Shown in pieces: positions 33,500 to 42,837 of a stretch of 64,000 nt of DNA. The notes under the pieces are model-generated. The model had not been told where the DNA came from. It saw only the letters and a list, made by a program, of their open reading frames with translations, and ran no database searches. Origin of the DNA: Pseudomonadota bacterium (GTDB lineage Bacteria; Pseudomonadota; Alphaproteobacteria; Kiloniellales; JACOMY01). Positions within the stretch are counted from its first letter, which is position 1. Each line of letters starts with the position of its first letter. Made by a program: the position numbers and the translations under genes. The DNA is taken from the NCBI GenBank assembly GCA_039819325.1, contig JBCBSF010000005.1, forward strand, positions 10,317-74,316, in the 5' to 3' direction.

Positions 33500-34378
33500 T
33501 TAGGTGAGGTTTGTGCGGAGGGCTGCTTCCAGCTTCTCCCGCTCTTCTTCTTTCATTGAATAGCTATGGTCAGCGTCCGGGAACTGCCCAGCCCGCACCT
33601 CTGCGGCATAGGTCTGAAGCGCCTCGACCGCGATGCCGGCCAGGTCGGCGTAGCGCTTGGAGAACTTCGGCTTGAACCGGTCGAAGCTGCCGAGAAGATC
33701 GGCGCCCAGCAGCAGCTGGCCGCAGCTGGCGCTGCCGGCGCCGATGGCGAAGGTGAAGATCTCCACCGCCGCGTCGACGGCCTTGGCGACCGGGGCCGGC
33801 ACGGCCTCGATCTCGAAACCGACGGCGCCAGCGGCCTCGATCGCCTTGGCGTCCTCGATGATCTCCAGCGCGTCTTCGGCGGTCTTGCCCTGCAGACGGA
33901 AGCCGCCGTAGCTGTGCACGAAGTGCGGGCACATGCCGACGTGGCTCATCACCGGTACACCTGCATCCGCGATGGCCTTGACGATATGCGCCTTCTCCCG
34001 CCCGCCTTGCATCTTCACCACATCGCAGCCGCTCTCTTTCATGAAGCGCAGCGCGTTGGCGACCCCGATTTCGGGCGTGGCATAGCTGCCGTAAGGCATG
34101 GCGACCATGATCATGGTGTTGGGCGCGCCACGGCGGACTGCGCGCACATGCTCGATCATCTGATCGACGGTCATCGGCAGGGTGTTGTCGTGGCCGTAGG
34201 TGATCATACCCAGGCTGTCGCCGACGGCGGCGATATCGATCCCAGCACGCTCCGCCCAGACCGCCATGGGGAAGTCAGGCACCGAAACCATCACGACCTT
34301 TTCGCCAGCGCTTTTGCGCGCTTTCAGATCAGGTACGGTCAGTTTCTTACGCTGATCGCTCACCGATGGCCTCCCCAC
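33500..34378 (-). CDS. 3-methyl-2-oxobutanoate hydroxymethyltransferase-family enzyme (PanB-like)
   Basis: 292 aa. VGDSLGM, VRRGAPN, VKMQGG and AIGAG motifs are collinear with PanB. The context (TRAP operon, no panC) suggests a paralog. Confidence 0.8.
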   Translation of the reverse strand: MGRPSVSDQRKKLTVPDLKARKSAGEKVVMVSVPDFPMAVWAERAGIDIAAVGDSLGMITYGHDNTLPMTVDQMIEHVRAVRRGAPNTMIMVAMPYGSYATPEIGVANALRFMKESGCDVVKMQGGREKAHIVKAIADAGVPVMSHVGMCPHFVHSYGGFRLQGKTAEDALEIIEDAKAIEAAGAVGFEIEAVPAPVAKAVDAAVEIFTFAIGAGSASCGQLLLGADLLGSFDRFKPKFSKRYADLAGIAVEALQTYAAEVRAGQFPDADHSYSMKEEEREKLEAALRTNLT

Positions 34379-34562
34379 TCACCCTCCCCGCAGCGCTCTT
34401 CGTATCTTTGTTGCGCAACGGCTTAAGCCACATTGTATGGGGGGAGCGGGCTCAGCGAACAAGGGTTTTGCACGAGATAGGCGCAGGAAAGCGGACCCTG
34501 CTCGCCAATCGCGAAAGGGGCTGATATATCACTCTACTATCAGGAGGGATATCAGGCCAGGT

Positions 34563-34637
34563 TGGCTGGGGCGCCAGGATTCGAACCTGGGAATGGCGAT
34601 ACCAAAAACCGCTGCCTTACCGCTTGGCTACGCCCCA
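34563..34637 (-). tRNA. tRNA-Gln (anticodon UUG)
   Basis: The reverse complement folds as a cloverleaf. Acceptor TGGGGCG/CGCCCCA, anticodon stem GCGGT/ATCGC with loop TTTTGGT (anticodon TTG), T-arm CCAGG-TTCGAAT-CCTGG, encoded CCA. Confidence 0.9.
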
Positions 34638-34658
34638 TTGGCCTGGTGAGCGCGGACG

Positions 34659-37277
34659 TTAGCTTTCCGGCCCGCGCGCTGCAAGACTTGAGCTAGGCCG
34701 CCCGATCAGCGCCGGCAAGACCAGGAAGACAGCCGCCAGCACGCAGGCCAAGGCCAGCAGCAAGAGCTGCCCCATGCTGGCCGTGCCGGGGTGGTTGGAG
34801 AGCGAGAGCGCGCCGAAGGAAGCGAGAGTGGTGAGCGCGGAGACTAAGACAGCGCGGGGCGTGGCATTCTCCATCAAGGGCTTGTCCGGTGCCTCGCGCC
34901 GGCGGGCGACCAGATGCAGCCCGCTGTCGATCCCCAGCCCAAAGAGCAGCGGCAGCACGATCACATTGGCGAAGTTCAGCTCGACGCCGAAGGCCACCGC
35001 CAGCCCACCGCAATAGAGCGCTGCCAGGACCAAGGGCAGAAGGGCCGCAAAGGAATCATCCAGCCGCCGCAGCACCAGGAAGACCAGCAGGGCCACCAGC
35101 CCAAAGGCCAGCAGGCTGGCTGTGGCAAAGGCCTCGATCACCGTCTGGCCGGCAGCGACCAGGGTGACGGCATCGCCGCCAGCAGTGGGTGCCACGGCCA
35201 GCACGGCCTCGACAAAGTCCTCACGCAGAGCCGGGTCGCGCAGATCCTCCAACGGGCGGATCTCCACCAAGGCTTGGCCATCGGCCGCGATGTAGCGGCT
35301 GGCCAGGTTCTGTGGCAGGTCCTGCAGACCGAAGGGTCCAGCATTCAAGGCGGCACGCAGTGTGTCCAGTGCGCTCGGCAGATCACCGATCAAGGCTGTC
35401 TCCAGCGCGGGCAGCTGGTCTGGGCTTTGCAGGAAGATCGCCAGGGCGGCAGCGAGGCCCGAGGCCGGTCCGACCAGCTGCTCCGGTGCCGTGCGTAGGC
35501 CGGCGATCAAGGCCGCCACCGCCGCCTGCCGCTCCTCTGCCGTCGGCTCTGAGGCAGCTGGTCCGGTGAAGAGCAAGGGCGCCAGCAGGAAGGAGGCATC
35601 GCCCAGCTGCGCTAGCTTTTCATCCTGATCCTTGGGCACGAAGCTCTGCAAGGTCACGGCCGAATCCACCTCCGGCAAGGCGCGCAGCGCTTCAGCGACG
35701 GCCTCCGCTTGCGCCAGGTCCGGCAGCAGGACCTCAGCGCGATAGGGAACGGCACGCGGGTCCGACATGACCTCGACCAGGGCCTGTACGGAGGGAGAGT
35801 CCGGATCACGCAGGCTCAAAGGATCGTTGTCGAAGCGCAGATTGGTGATCGCGACCCCGGCGGCCAGAGCCAAGAGCGCAGCCAGCACCAAAACGGCCCG
35901 CCGCCGATCGGCCAGGCTCGACTCCAGCCGGGCGGCCAGCGCACCGGCGGCAAAGTTCAAGGGCGGGGTGCGCAGCAGCAGCAGGGTGGCGGGCAGCAGA
36001 GTGAAGCAAAGGAAGAGCGCGATCGCGATCCCGCCGGCGGAAATCAGCCCCAGCTCGGCCAGCCCCAGATAGTCGGTCGGCAAGAAGGCAAGGAAGGCGA
36101 CGATGGAGCTGATAGCGCAGAGCCAGAGCGCCGGTGCCTGCACCCGCGCACCGGCAACGGCCGCCTCAGCCTGAGGCAAGCCGGCCAGACGGAACTCACT
36201 GCTGCGCAGCAGGGAGTGGATGGCATAGTCCACGGATAGGCCGATGAAGAGCACAGCGAAGGCGACGGAGAGCAGGTTCAAGCGCCCAACCGCCAAGGTC
36301 GCAAAGCCGGCGGTGAGCGCAAGACCGACGACCAGCAGCAGACCGACACTGACCGCTGCTCGGATCGAGCCCAGGCCGCGCCAGAGGATCAGGGCAACCA
36401 GCGCGAAGGACAGCAGCCCGATGCCGGCAATGTTGGTGCGGATGGAGCGTAGCTCGTCAGCCCTCAGCGCCGGCTTCCCGGTCAATAGCACCTCAATGCC
36501 CTGGGCCTCCAGATTGAGCGCGCGAGCGGTCTTCTGCACGCCCTCCATGGCCGCTTTGGCCGGTGCGAGGCTCGCGTAGTCCAGGGCCGGCAAGGCCAGA
36601 ATGATGCGCAGGCTGTCGCTATCGCTCTCGCCCTCGATCACCTGCTGCCAGGACAAGAGCGCCGGCTTGCCGGCGGCAAGCGCCTCGCCGGTGCGGGCCA
36701 TCTGCTCCAGCACCGGCTCCAGGTCCTCCAGTTGCTCCGCCTCGCCGCTGTTGAGGGCCAGTAGCAAGACGGAGGAGAGACCGACCAGCGATGGCTCTTC
36801 CGCCAAGGTCGCCAGCAGGCCCTGGGCGGCCGCCAGGCGATCGATCTGGCCGGCCAAGGCATCGGGACTGAGGTAGAGCAGCCCATGCTCGCGCAGGAAG
36901 GGATCGCCTTCCGGATAGAAGACATCGGCGTAGAGATCGGGGCGCGCGCTCATCCAGGACGAAAGCTGCTCGGCAGCGCGGTCGGCCAACGCTGCGCCGG
37001 GCCCCTTCACCACCACGACCAGAGTCTGGCCCAGGTTGGGGAAGGCGCTGCGCAGCTGGATCAAGGCCTGACGGAAGGGCAGCTCCGGCGAAAGCATATC
37101 CTCCGTCGAGGTATCGAGGCGTAAGTGCTTGTAAGCACCGCCCAGAGAGGCTGCGGTCAGGACCAAGGCCAAGAGCAAGGTGATCAGCGGCCGCCGGCAG
37201 GACCAGGCGACCAAACCGGCGCTGATGGCGATCAAGCCGCGCGACAGAAACCCAGGGCTTTGCAGCATTCCGCTCAA
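34659..37277 (-). CDS. MMPL/RND-superfamily transporter (HpnN-like size and topology)
   Basis: 872 aa with two blocks of about 6 TM, each preceded by a large soluble loop. 4-nt overlap with ispE. Confidence 0.75.
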   Translation of the reverse strand: MSGMLQSPGFLSRGLIAISAGLVAWSCRRPLITLLLALVLTAASLGGAYKHLRLDTSTEDMLSPELPFRQALIQLRSAFPNLGQTLVVVVKGPGAALADRAAEQLSSWMSARPDLYADVFYPEGDPFLREHGLLYLSPDALAGQIDRLAAAQGLLATLAEEPSLVGLSSVLLLALNSGEAEQLEDLEPVLEQMARTGEALAAGKPALLSWQQVIEGESDSDSLRIILALPALDYASLAPAKAAMEGVQKTARALNLEAQGIEVLLTGKPALRADELRSIRTNIAGIGLLSFALVALILWRGLGSIRAAVSVGLLLVVGLALTAGFATLAVGRLNLLSVAFAVLFIGLSVDYAIHSLLRSSEFRLAGLPQAEAAVAGARVQAPALWLCAISSIVAFLAFLPTDYLGLAELGLISAGGIAIALFLCFTLLPATLLLLRTPPLNFAAGALAARLESSLADRRRAVLVLAALLALAAGVAITNLRFDNDPLSLRDPDSPSVQALVEVMSDPRAVPYRAEVLLPDLAQAEAVAEALRALPEVDSAVTLQSFVPKDQDEKLAQLGDASFLLAPLLFTGPAASEPTAEERQAAVAALIAGLRTAPEQLVGPASGLAAALAIFLQSPDQLPALETALIGDLPSALDTLRAALNAGPFGLQDLPQNLASRYIAADGQALVEIRPLEDLRDPALREDFVEAVLAVAPTAGGDAVTLVAAGQTVIEAFATASLLAFGLVALLVFLVLRRLDDSFAALLPLVLAALYCGGLAVAFGVELNFANVIVLPLLFGLGIDSGLHLVARRREAPDKPLMENATPRAVLVSALTTLASFGALSLSNHPGTASMGQLLLLALACVLAAVFLVLPALIGRPSSSLAARGPES

Positions 37278-38158
37278 AGGCTCCGCGACAGGGGGGCTGC
37301 CAGGCTCCAGGGCGCCAGCCGGTCTTGGGCGATCCGACGGGCACCGGCCTGCGCAGGCTCTGGCGCAGCGAAGAGCGCCCAGCAGGTGGCACCACTGCCG
37401 GAGAGCCCGGCCGCCAAACAGCCCTCCAGCCCGCGCAAGGCGGACAGGAGCGGCGGGATGGCGGGACAGAGCGTGCTAGCGGCCTCAGTCAAGTCGTTGC
37501 TGGCCTGCACGGCAAAATCTGCCAGCGCTTTAGCACTTGCAAAGCTGCTGGGCGGCGGCAGCGCTGTGGAGAAAGCACCTTGGCGGGCAGCGAAGACGGC
37601 CGGCGTCGCCAAGCCTTGGCCCGGATTGGCGAGCAGGACCCAGGCCGGTGGCAGCACCGGCAGATCCTCCAACCCCTCACCGATGCCGGTGACCCGGCAA
37701 GCGCGACTGGCCAGGCACACCGGCAGGTCAGCTCCAAGCGGCAGGGCCAGTTCGGCCAGTTCCTGCTCTGGGACTTCCACGGCCCAAAGCGCCAAGAGTG
37801 CCTGCAGTGTCGCCGCCGCATCCGCAGAGCCGCCGCCGATGCCGGACGCCACCGGGAGCTGCTTGTCGAGGATCAACCTAGCAGCCGGCACGCGGCCAAG
37901 ATGCTCGGCAAGCGCCCGTGCGGCCCGCAGCACCAGGTTGTTGGGCTCGGCCGTCAAGGCCGATGCGAAGGGACCGGTGAGTTGGAGGTCTAGGCTGTCA
38001 GCCTGCGCTGCCTGCAGGCGGTCCCCGGCCTCGGCAAAGACCACAAGACTATCCAGCTCGTGATAGCCGGCCTTGGCATCCCCGGGCGGGCGCCGGCCGA
38101 CGACACGCAGGGAGAGATTGATCTTGGCCCGCGCCAGCCGGCTGACCGGAGCGCTCAC
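37274..38158 (-). CDS. ispE: 4-(cytidine 5-diphospho)-2-C-methyl-D-erythritol kinase
   Basis: AKINLSLRVVGRR..GYHELDSL and the GHMP-kinase loop PVASGIGGGSADAAA. Confidence 0.9.
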   Translation of the reverse strand: MSAPVSRLARAKINLSLRVVGRRPPGDAKAGYHELDSLVVFAEAGDRLQAAQADSLDLQLTGPFASALTAEPNNLVLRAARALAEHLGRVPAARLILDKQLPVASGIGGGSADAAATLQALLALWAVEVPEQELAELALPLGADLPVCLASRACRVTGIGEGLEDLPVLPPAWVLLANPGQGLATPAVFAARQGAFSTALPPPSSFASAKALADFAVQASNDLTEAASTLCPAIPPLLSALRGLEGCLAAGLSGSGATCWALFAAPEPAQAGARRIAQDRLAPWSLAAPLSRSL

Positions 38159-38164
38159 GACAGG

Positions 38165-39955
38165 TTACTCGCTTGACGGTTCGGCCTCAGGCAGCTCTTC
38201 ACTGGCTTGCTCGGCAGAGAGGTCGGCCTGCTGGACCGGCGGCAGGCCCTCGACCAGTTTGCGGCGCACCTCTTCAGGATCAATGTCGGGATCCTCACCC
38301 AAAGACAGCGTGCGCTGCCACTGCACAATGGCCTCACGCGTACGGCCGACGCGCCAGTAGGCATCGCCCAGGTGGTCGTTGATGACGGCTTGGCTGGGGT
38401 CCAGCTCCACGGCCAGTTCCAGCTGCTCCACCGCAGCCTCGTATTCACCCAGCTTGTAGAGCGCCCAGCCCAGCGAGTCGACGATGTAGCCATCGCGCGG
38501 GCGCAGCTCCACGGCGCGTTCCAGCATGGCCTTGGCCTCAGCCAGGTTTTCCTTACGCTCAACCCAAGAGTAGCCCAGGTAGTTCAGCACCTGCGGCTGT
38601 TCCGGCCGCAGCTCCAAGGCCAGCAGGAAATCGGCCTCAGCCGCATCCCAGTCGCCTGAGCGCTCATTGGCGATACCGCGGAAGTAGTAGAGGACCCAAT
38701 CGAGTTCCTGCGGCTCGCCTGACCGCGCTACAGCCTCGTTGTAGGCAGCCGCCGAGGCCTCAAAGCGCCGGTCCCAACGCAGCATGTTGCCAAGCCGCAT
38801 CATCGCTTCCGGGTCATCCGGCTCGGCTGCGGCGAGCTCGCGGTAGGCAGCCTCGGCTTCGTCCAGACGCTCGGCGGCCGCCAAGGCATCGGCCCGCGCC
38901 AAAGCGGCCGAACGGCCATGGCGTGGATCATCCAACAAGCCCTCGTAGCGGGAGACAGCCTCATCATGCCGCTCGACCCGCGAGAGCAGCTCCGCCTCCA
39001 GCAAGGCGGCAGCCCGGCTCTCCGGCGCCACGTAGGCTGCCAGGCGGGCTTCTTGCAGGGCCATGACCTGCAAGCGCTCGTTTTCGCTGTTCAAGGCAGC
39101 GCCAATCTGCAGGAAGACCTCGCTCACGCCATCGCTGGCATTGGCCACCAGTTCAGGCAGCGGCTCGCCGCTCGCCAGTTCAGCGCGCAAGGCTTCCAGG
39201 GTCGCTGAGTTGCGGCCGCGGTCGAGCTCTGCGTCGATCAAAGCCAAGGCTTCCTCGCGCGCGCCGTCTCGAGCGAAGGCGGTGCTGGCCAGCAGCAGGC
39301 TCCGGCCGCTCGGCACCTCGCTCTCCCCTAGGGCAGCACGGTAGGCGTCAGCTGCGGCCGGATCGCCGGCGATATCGAGGATCAGCGCCTTGTGCACCAA
39401 GGCCAGCGTCTTCAGCCCGCGCCGCTCCTCCAAGGGCGCAAGGATCTCCAGCGCGGCGTCCGCCCCTTCCAGTGGCAGGGTCACCCAGGCCCGCAGCAGA
39501 TCACGCCGCGTCCCCGAAAGGTCACGACCTGGGAGCAACGCCAGCAGCGCCTTCGCCGCCTCCCAGTCGCCTTCACGTGCCGCGTCTGCTAGCAACAGCA
39601 GGATAGCGGCCTCACTGGCACGCGGGTCCAGGTCTAGCAGGACGCGCGCGACCGGGATCGCTTCCTCGATCAGGCCGGCGGAAACGGCAGCCCGCAAAGC
39701 CGGACCCAAGACCGCAACCTGGGGAGACACACGCTCCGAAAGACCCAGCAGAAGCGCAGCGGCCGTATCGGCATCACCCCTCTGGCCAGCCGCCATTCCG
39801 GCTACATAGGCACCGATCAGCCCCGGGACCGGCTCAGCTTCCGGCAAGTCGGGTGCCTCGGCATCGACGCCATAAGCGGCAGTGCTGAGGCCGGTCGCCA
39901 AGACAGCCGAGAGGAGGAGCGGTCGGAGCTGCTGCGCGGTCATGAAGTCTCCCAA
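38165..39955 (-). CDS. periplasmic tetratricopeptide-repeat protein
   Basis: 596 aa with a signal peptide and multiple TPR-like helical repeats near the C-terminus (NYLGYSWVE, DSLGWALYKLGEYEAA, DHLGDAYWRVGR). TPR-ispE synteny is common in alphaproteobacteria. Confidence 0.75.
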   Translation of the reverse strand: MGDFMTAQQLRPLLLSAVLATGLSTAAYGVDAEAPDLPEAEPVPGLIGAYVAGMAAGQRGDADTAAALLLGLSERVSPQVAVLGPALRAAVSAGLIEEAIPVARVLLDLDPRASEAAILLLLADAAREGDWEAAKALLALLPGRDLSGTRRDLLRAWVTLPLEGADAALEILAPLEERRGLKTLALVHKALILDIAGDPAAADAYRAALGESEVPSGRSLLLASTAFARDGAREEALALIDAELDRGRNSATLEALRAELASGEPLPELVANASDGVSEVFLQIGAALNSENERLQVMALQEARLAAYVAPESRAAALLEAELLSRVERHDEAVSRYEGLLDDPRHGRSAALARADALAAAERLDEAEAAYRELAAAEPDDPEAMMRLGNMLRWDRRFEASAAAYNEAVARSGEPQELDWVLYYFRGIANERSGDWDAAEADFLLALELRPEQPQVLNYLGYSWVERKENLAEAKAMLERAVELRPRDGYIVDSLGWALYKLGEYEAAVEQLELAVELDPSQAVINDHLGDAYWRVGRTREAIVQWQRTLSLGEDPDIDPEEVRRKLVEGLPPVQQADLSAEQASEELPEAEPSSE

Positions 39956-40070
39956 AGGTCCGTTTCAAATCAGTTCTGACATGGAGACCATCAGACAGCA
40001 CAGCAATAGGGTGCCGCAAGCCCGGTGCAGCGGGTCACCTCAGTGACCAAGCAGCACCAGCTCAAAGCGG

Positions 40071-41717
40071 TTACATGTTCGGATAGTTCGGGCCACCACC
40101 GCCTTCCGGCGTCACCCAGACGATGTTCTGTGTCGGGTCCTTGATATCGCAGGTCTTACAGTGGACGCAGTTCTGCGCGTTGATCTGCAAGCGCGGGCCG
40201 CTTTCTTCCGTCACGATTTCGTAAACACCAGCGGGGCAATAGCGCTGCGCCGGCTCGTCATACTGAGCGAGGTTGATGTTCACCGGGACCGAAGCATCCT
40301 TCAAGGTGAGGTGTGCCGGCTGGTCTTCCTCGTGGTTGGTGTTGGAGAGGAAGACGCTGGAGTTCTTGTCGAAGCTGACGATCCCGTCGGGCTTCGGATA
40401 GTCGATCTTCGGCATAGAGTCCGCGGGCTTCAGACATTCGTGATCGGCGTGCTTGATGTGGAAGGTCCAAGGCGCCTTGCCGCCCAAGAGCTTCATGTCC
40501 AGCCCGCCGAGGGCCATACCGATCTTCATCCCGTAGCGTGCCGCCGCCGGGCGCAGATTGCGGGCGCGGTAGAGTTCGTCATAGACCCAGGAGTTCTTGA
40601 AGGCCTCCGGATAGGCCGTGAGCTCTGCCGGACGGTTGTCGCCCTCAGCCAGCGCGGCCACCACCGCCTCTGCCGCCAACATGCCGGTCTTCATCGCCGT
40701 GTGGCTGCCCTTGATCTTGGGCACGTTCAGGAAGCCGGCCGAACAGCCGATCAGGGCACCGCCTGGGAAGGTCAGCTTGGGGATCGACTGCAGCCCGCCC
40801 TCGTTCAAGGCGCGTGCGCCATAGGCGAGACGCTTGCCGCCCTCCAGCATCGGCCGGATCTTGGGGTGCATCTTGAAGCGCTGGAACTCGTCATAGGGCG
40901 AGAGGTGCGGGTTCTGGTAGTCCAGCCCGATCACATAGCCGACGTAGGCTTGGTTGTTGTCCAGGTGATAGATGAAGGAGCCACCCCAGGTCTTGTCGTC
41001 CATCGGCCAGCCGGAGGTGTGTAGGACCAAGCCTTCCTTGTGCTTGGCGGGATCCAGCTCCCAGAGCTCCTTGATGCCGATGCCGTAGGTCTGCGGGTCG
41101 ACGCCGTCACGCAGGTTGAAACGGCCCTCCAGCTGCTTGGAGAGGGAGCCGCGGCAGCCTTCAGCGAAGAGCGTGTAGGTGGCCCGAAGCTCCATGCCTT
41201 GGGTGTATTCGGCCTTCTGCTCGCCGTCCTTGCCGATGCCCATATCGCCGGTGGCGACACCAGTCACTCGGCCGTTGTCGTCGGTCAGGACCTCGGCGGC
41301 GGCAAAACCGGGATAGATCTCGACACCCAGCTCTTCGGCCTGCTCGCCCAGCCAGCGGCAAAGCGCGCCCAGCGAGATTATGTAGTTGCCGTGATTGTGG
41401 GTCTGCGGCGGCAGCATCCAGATCGGGATGTTGCGCCCGCCGGTCTCGCTCAGCAGCAGGAACTGCTCTTCCTTCACCGCGACGGTGACCGGCGCGCCCT
41501 GCTCCTTCCAGTTGGGCAGCAGCTCGGTGAGCGCCCGCGGCTCCAGAACCGCGCCGGAGAGGATGTGGGCACCGACCTCAGAGCCCTTTTCCAGCACGCA
41601 GACCGAGACCTCCTGCCCGGCCTCGGCGGCCACCTGCTTGGCCCGGATCGCCGCGCCCAGGCCGGCTGGGCCGGCGCCGACGATCACCAGGTCGTATTCC
41701 ATGTACTCGCGTTCCAT
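40071..41717 (-). CDS. electron-transfer flavoprotein:ubiquinone oxidoreductase
   Basis: FAD motif [12 protein letters not shown] and a C-terminal 4Fe-4S region (CPAGVYE...[13 protein letters not shown]). 548 aa from the ATG at 41717. Confidence 0.9.
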   Translation of the reverse strand: MEREYMEYDLVIVGAGPAGLGAAIRAKQVAAEAGQEVSVCVLEKGSEVGAHILSGAVLEPRALTELLPNWKEQGAPVTVAVKEEQFLLLSETGGRNIPIWMLPPQTHNHGNYIISLGALCRWLGEQAEELGVEIYPGFAAAEVLTDDNGRVTGVATGDMGIGKDGEQKAEYTQGMELRATYTLFAEGCRGSLSKQLEGRFNLRDGVDPQTYGIGIKELWELDPAKHKEGLVLHTSGWPMDDKTWGGSFIYHLDNNQAYVGYVIGLDYQNPHLSPYDEFQRFKMHPKIRPMLEGGKRLAYGARALNEGGLQSIPKLTFPGGALIGCSAGFLNVPKIKGSHTAMKTGMLAAEAVVAALAEGDNRPAELTAYPEAFKNSWVYDELYRARNLRPAAARYGMKIGMALGGLDMKLLGGKAPWTFHIKHADHECLKPADSMPKIDYPKPDGIVSFDKNSSVFLSNTNHEEDQPAHLTLKDASVPVNINLAQYDEPAQRYCPAGVYEIVTEESGPRLQINAQNCVHCKTCDIKDPTQNIVWVTPEGGGGPNYPNM

Positions 41718-41868
41718 CGCTCTCTTCCTGCAGGGTCTGAGTTTCAATGCGGTTTGGGAGAAGATAGTCACCCTAAGGGCGCGCGTCCAAGACCTCACAG
41801 GCGGCAGTTTTCGCCGCTTTTCGGTCCTTTTGTTTCATTCTGGCTCTCTCCGGGCTAAATCAGCCCTT

Positions 41869-42648
41869 ATGGCGGAGAGAGACGAGCTACTCGCGGCGCT
41901 TGATTGGCAGCTGGCGATGGGTGCTGACGAAGCACTGGAGGAAGTGGCCCGCGACCGTTTCGCGGCGCCTCCGGCTGCCTCTGTGCCGCCGCAGCGCAAG
42001 CCTGTGGCAGCGCCGCCACCCCTGGCCGGCCCGTCCGAGATGCAGGCCACAGCCCGCGGTCTGGCCGAGGCCGCCACCAGCCTAGAGGCCCTACAACAGG
42101 CCCTCGAGACCTTCGATGGCTGCGAGCTGAAGAAGACGGCCAACTCCCTGGTCTTCGCCGACGGCAACCCGGACAGCCGCATCATGCTGATCGGCGAAGC
42201 ACCGGGTCGCGACGAAGACCGTCAGGGTAAGCCCTTCGTCGGCGTCTCCGGCCAGCTCTTGGACCTGATGCTGGCAGCCATCGGGCTCGACCGGCAGAGC
42301 GCCTACATCACCAACATTCTCTTCTGGCGCCCGCCCGGGAACCGCACGCCAACGCCGGCAGAGATCGCCGTGTGCCTGCCCTTCGTCGAACGCCACATCG
42401 CGCTGGTTCAGCCCACCCATCTGCTGCTGCTGGGCGGCCTCTCTGCCAAGACCCTGATGGCACGCAAAGAGGGAATCACCCGCCTGCGCGGCCAGTGGAG
42501 CGATCTTCAGTTCGCTGGTCTGGCCGCCCCCCTGCTCGCATTGGCGACCTTGCACCCGGCCTATCTTCTGCGCCAACCGGCACAAAAGCGCCTCGCCTGG
42601 CGGGATTTTCTGGCTTTTCGTCAGGCACTTAACGAGTCAAGAGCCTAG
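41869..42648 (+). CDS. family-4 uracil-DNA glycosylase with N-terminal extension
   Basis: The [23 protein letters not shown] motif plus the HPAYLLR C-terminal motif. Start is at the ATG at 41869; the track ORF start at 41395 runs antisense through ETF-QO. Confidence 0.8.
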   Translation: MAERDELLAALDWQLAMGADEALEEVARDRFAAPPAASVPPQRKPVAAPPPLAGPSEMQATARGLAEAATSLEALQQALETFDGCELKKTANSLVFADGNPDSRIMLIGEAPGRDEDRQGKPFVGVSGQLLDLMLAAIGLDRQSAYITNILFWRPPGNRTPTPAEIAVCLPFVERHIALVQPTHLLLLGGLSAKTLMARKEGITRLRGQWSDLQFAGLAAPLLALATLHPAYLLRQPAQKRLAWRDFLAFRQALNESRA

Positions 42649-42837
42649 CAGAGCCCAGCAGCCATGCCGGAGTCGCCGCGGCCGCGCGATTGACCCGGCC
42701 TATGGCTTTCTCTAGGCAATAATGCGATGATTTGACTCAGTTTTTGCCACTCCTGCGCCATCGTTGAGAAGGCGTCCCTTGAAGGACACCCCAGCGTGCG
42801 GAGCAGGAGCCTTGCTTTGGCAAGAAGGGGGAAAACC

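Noticed and set aside
34379-34637. Genomic island anchored at tRNA-Gln (or at tRNA-Gly at 17341), suggested by the AT-richer sequence with TGATATATCA / ATATCAGG repeats just 3-prime of tRNA-Gln
   Set aside because: There is no integrase gene, and I found no direct repeat of the tRNA 3-prime end elsewhere in the window. The flanking genes look like ordinary chromosomal operons.
41395-41868. N-terminal 158-aa extension of the uracil-DNA glycosylase ORF
   Set aside because: It runs antisense through the 5-prime end of the ETF-QO gene and is Ser/Pro/Arg-rich. The conserved protein starts at the ATG at 41869 ([15 protein letters not shown]).
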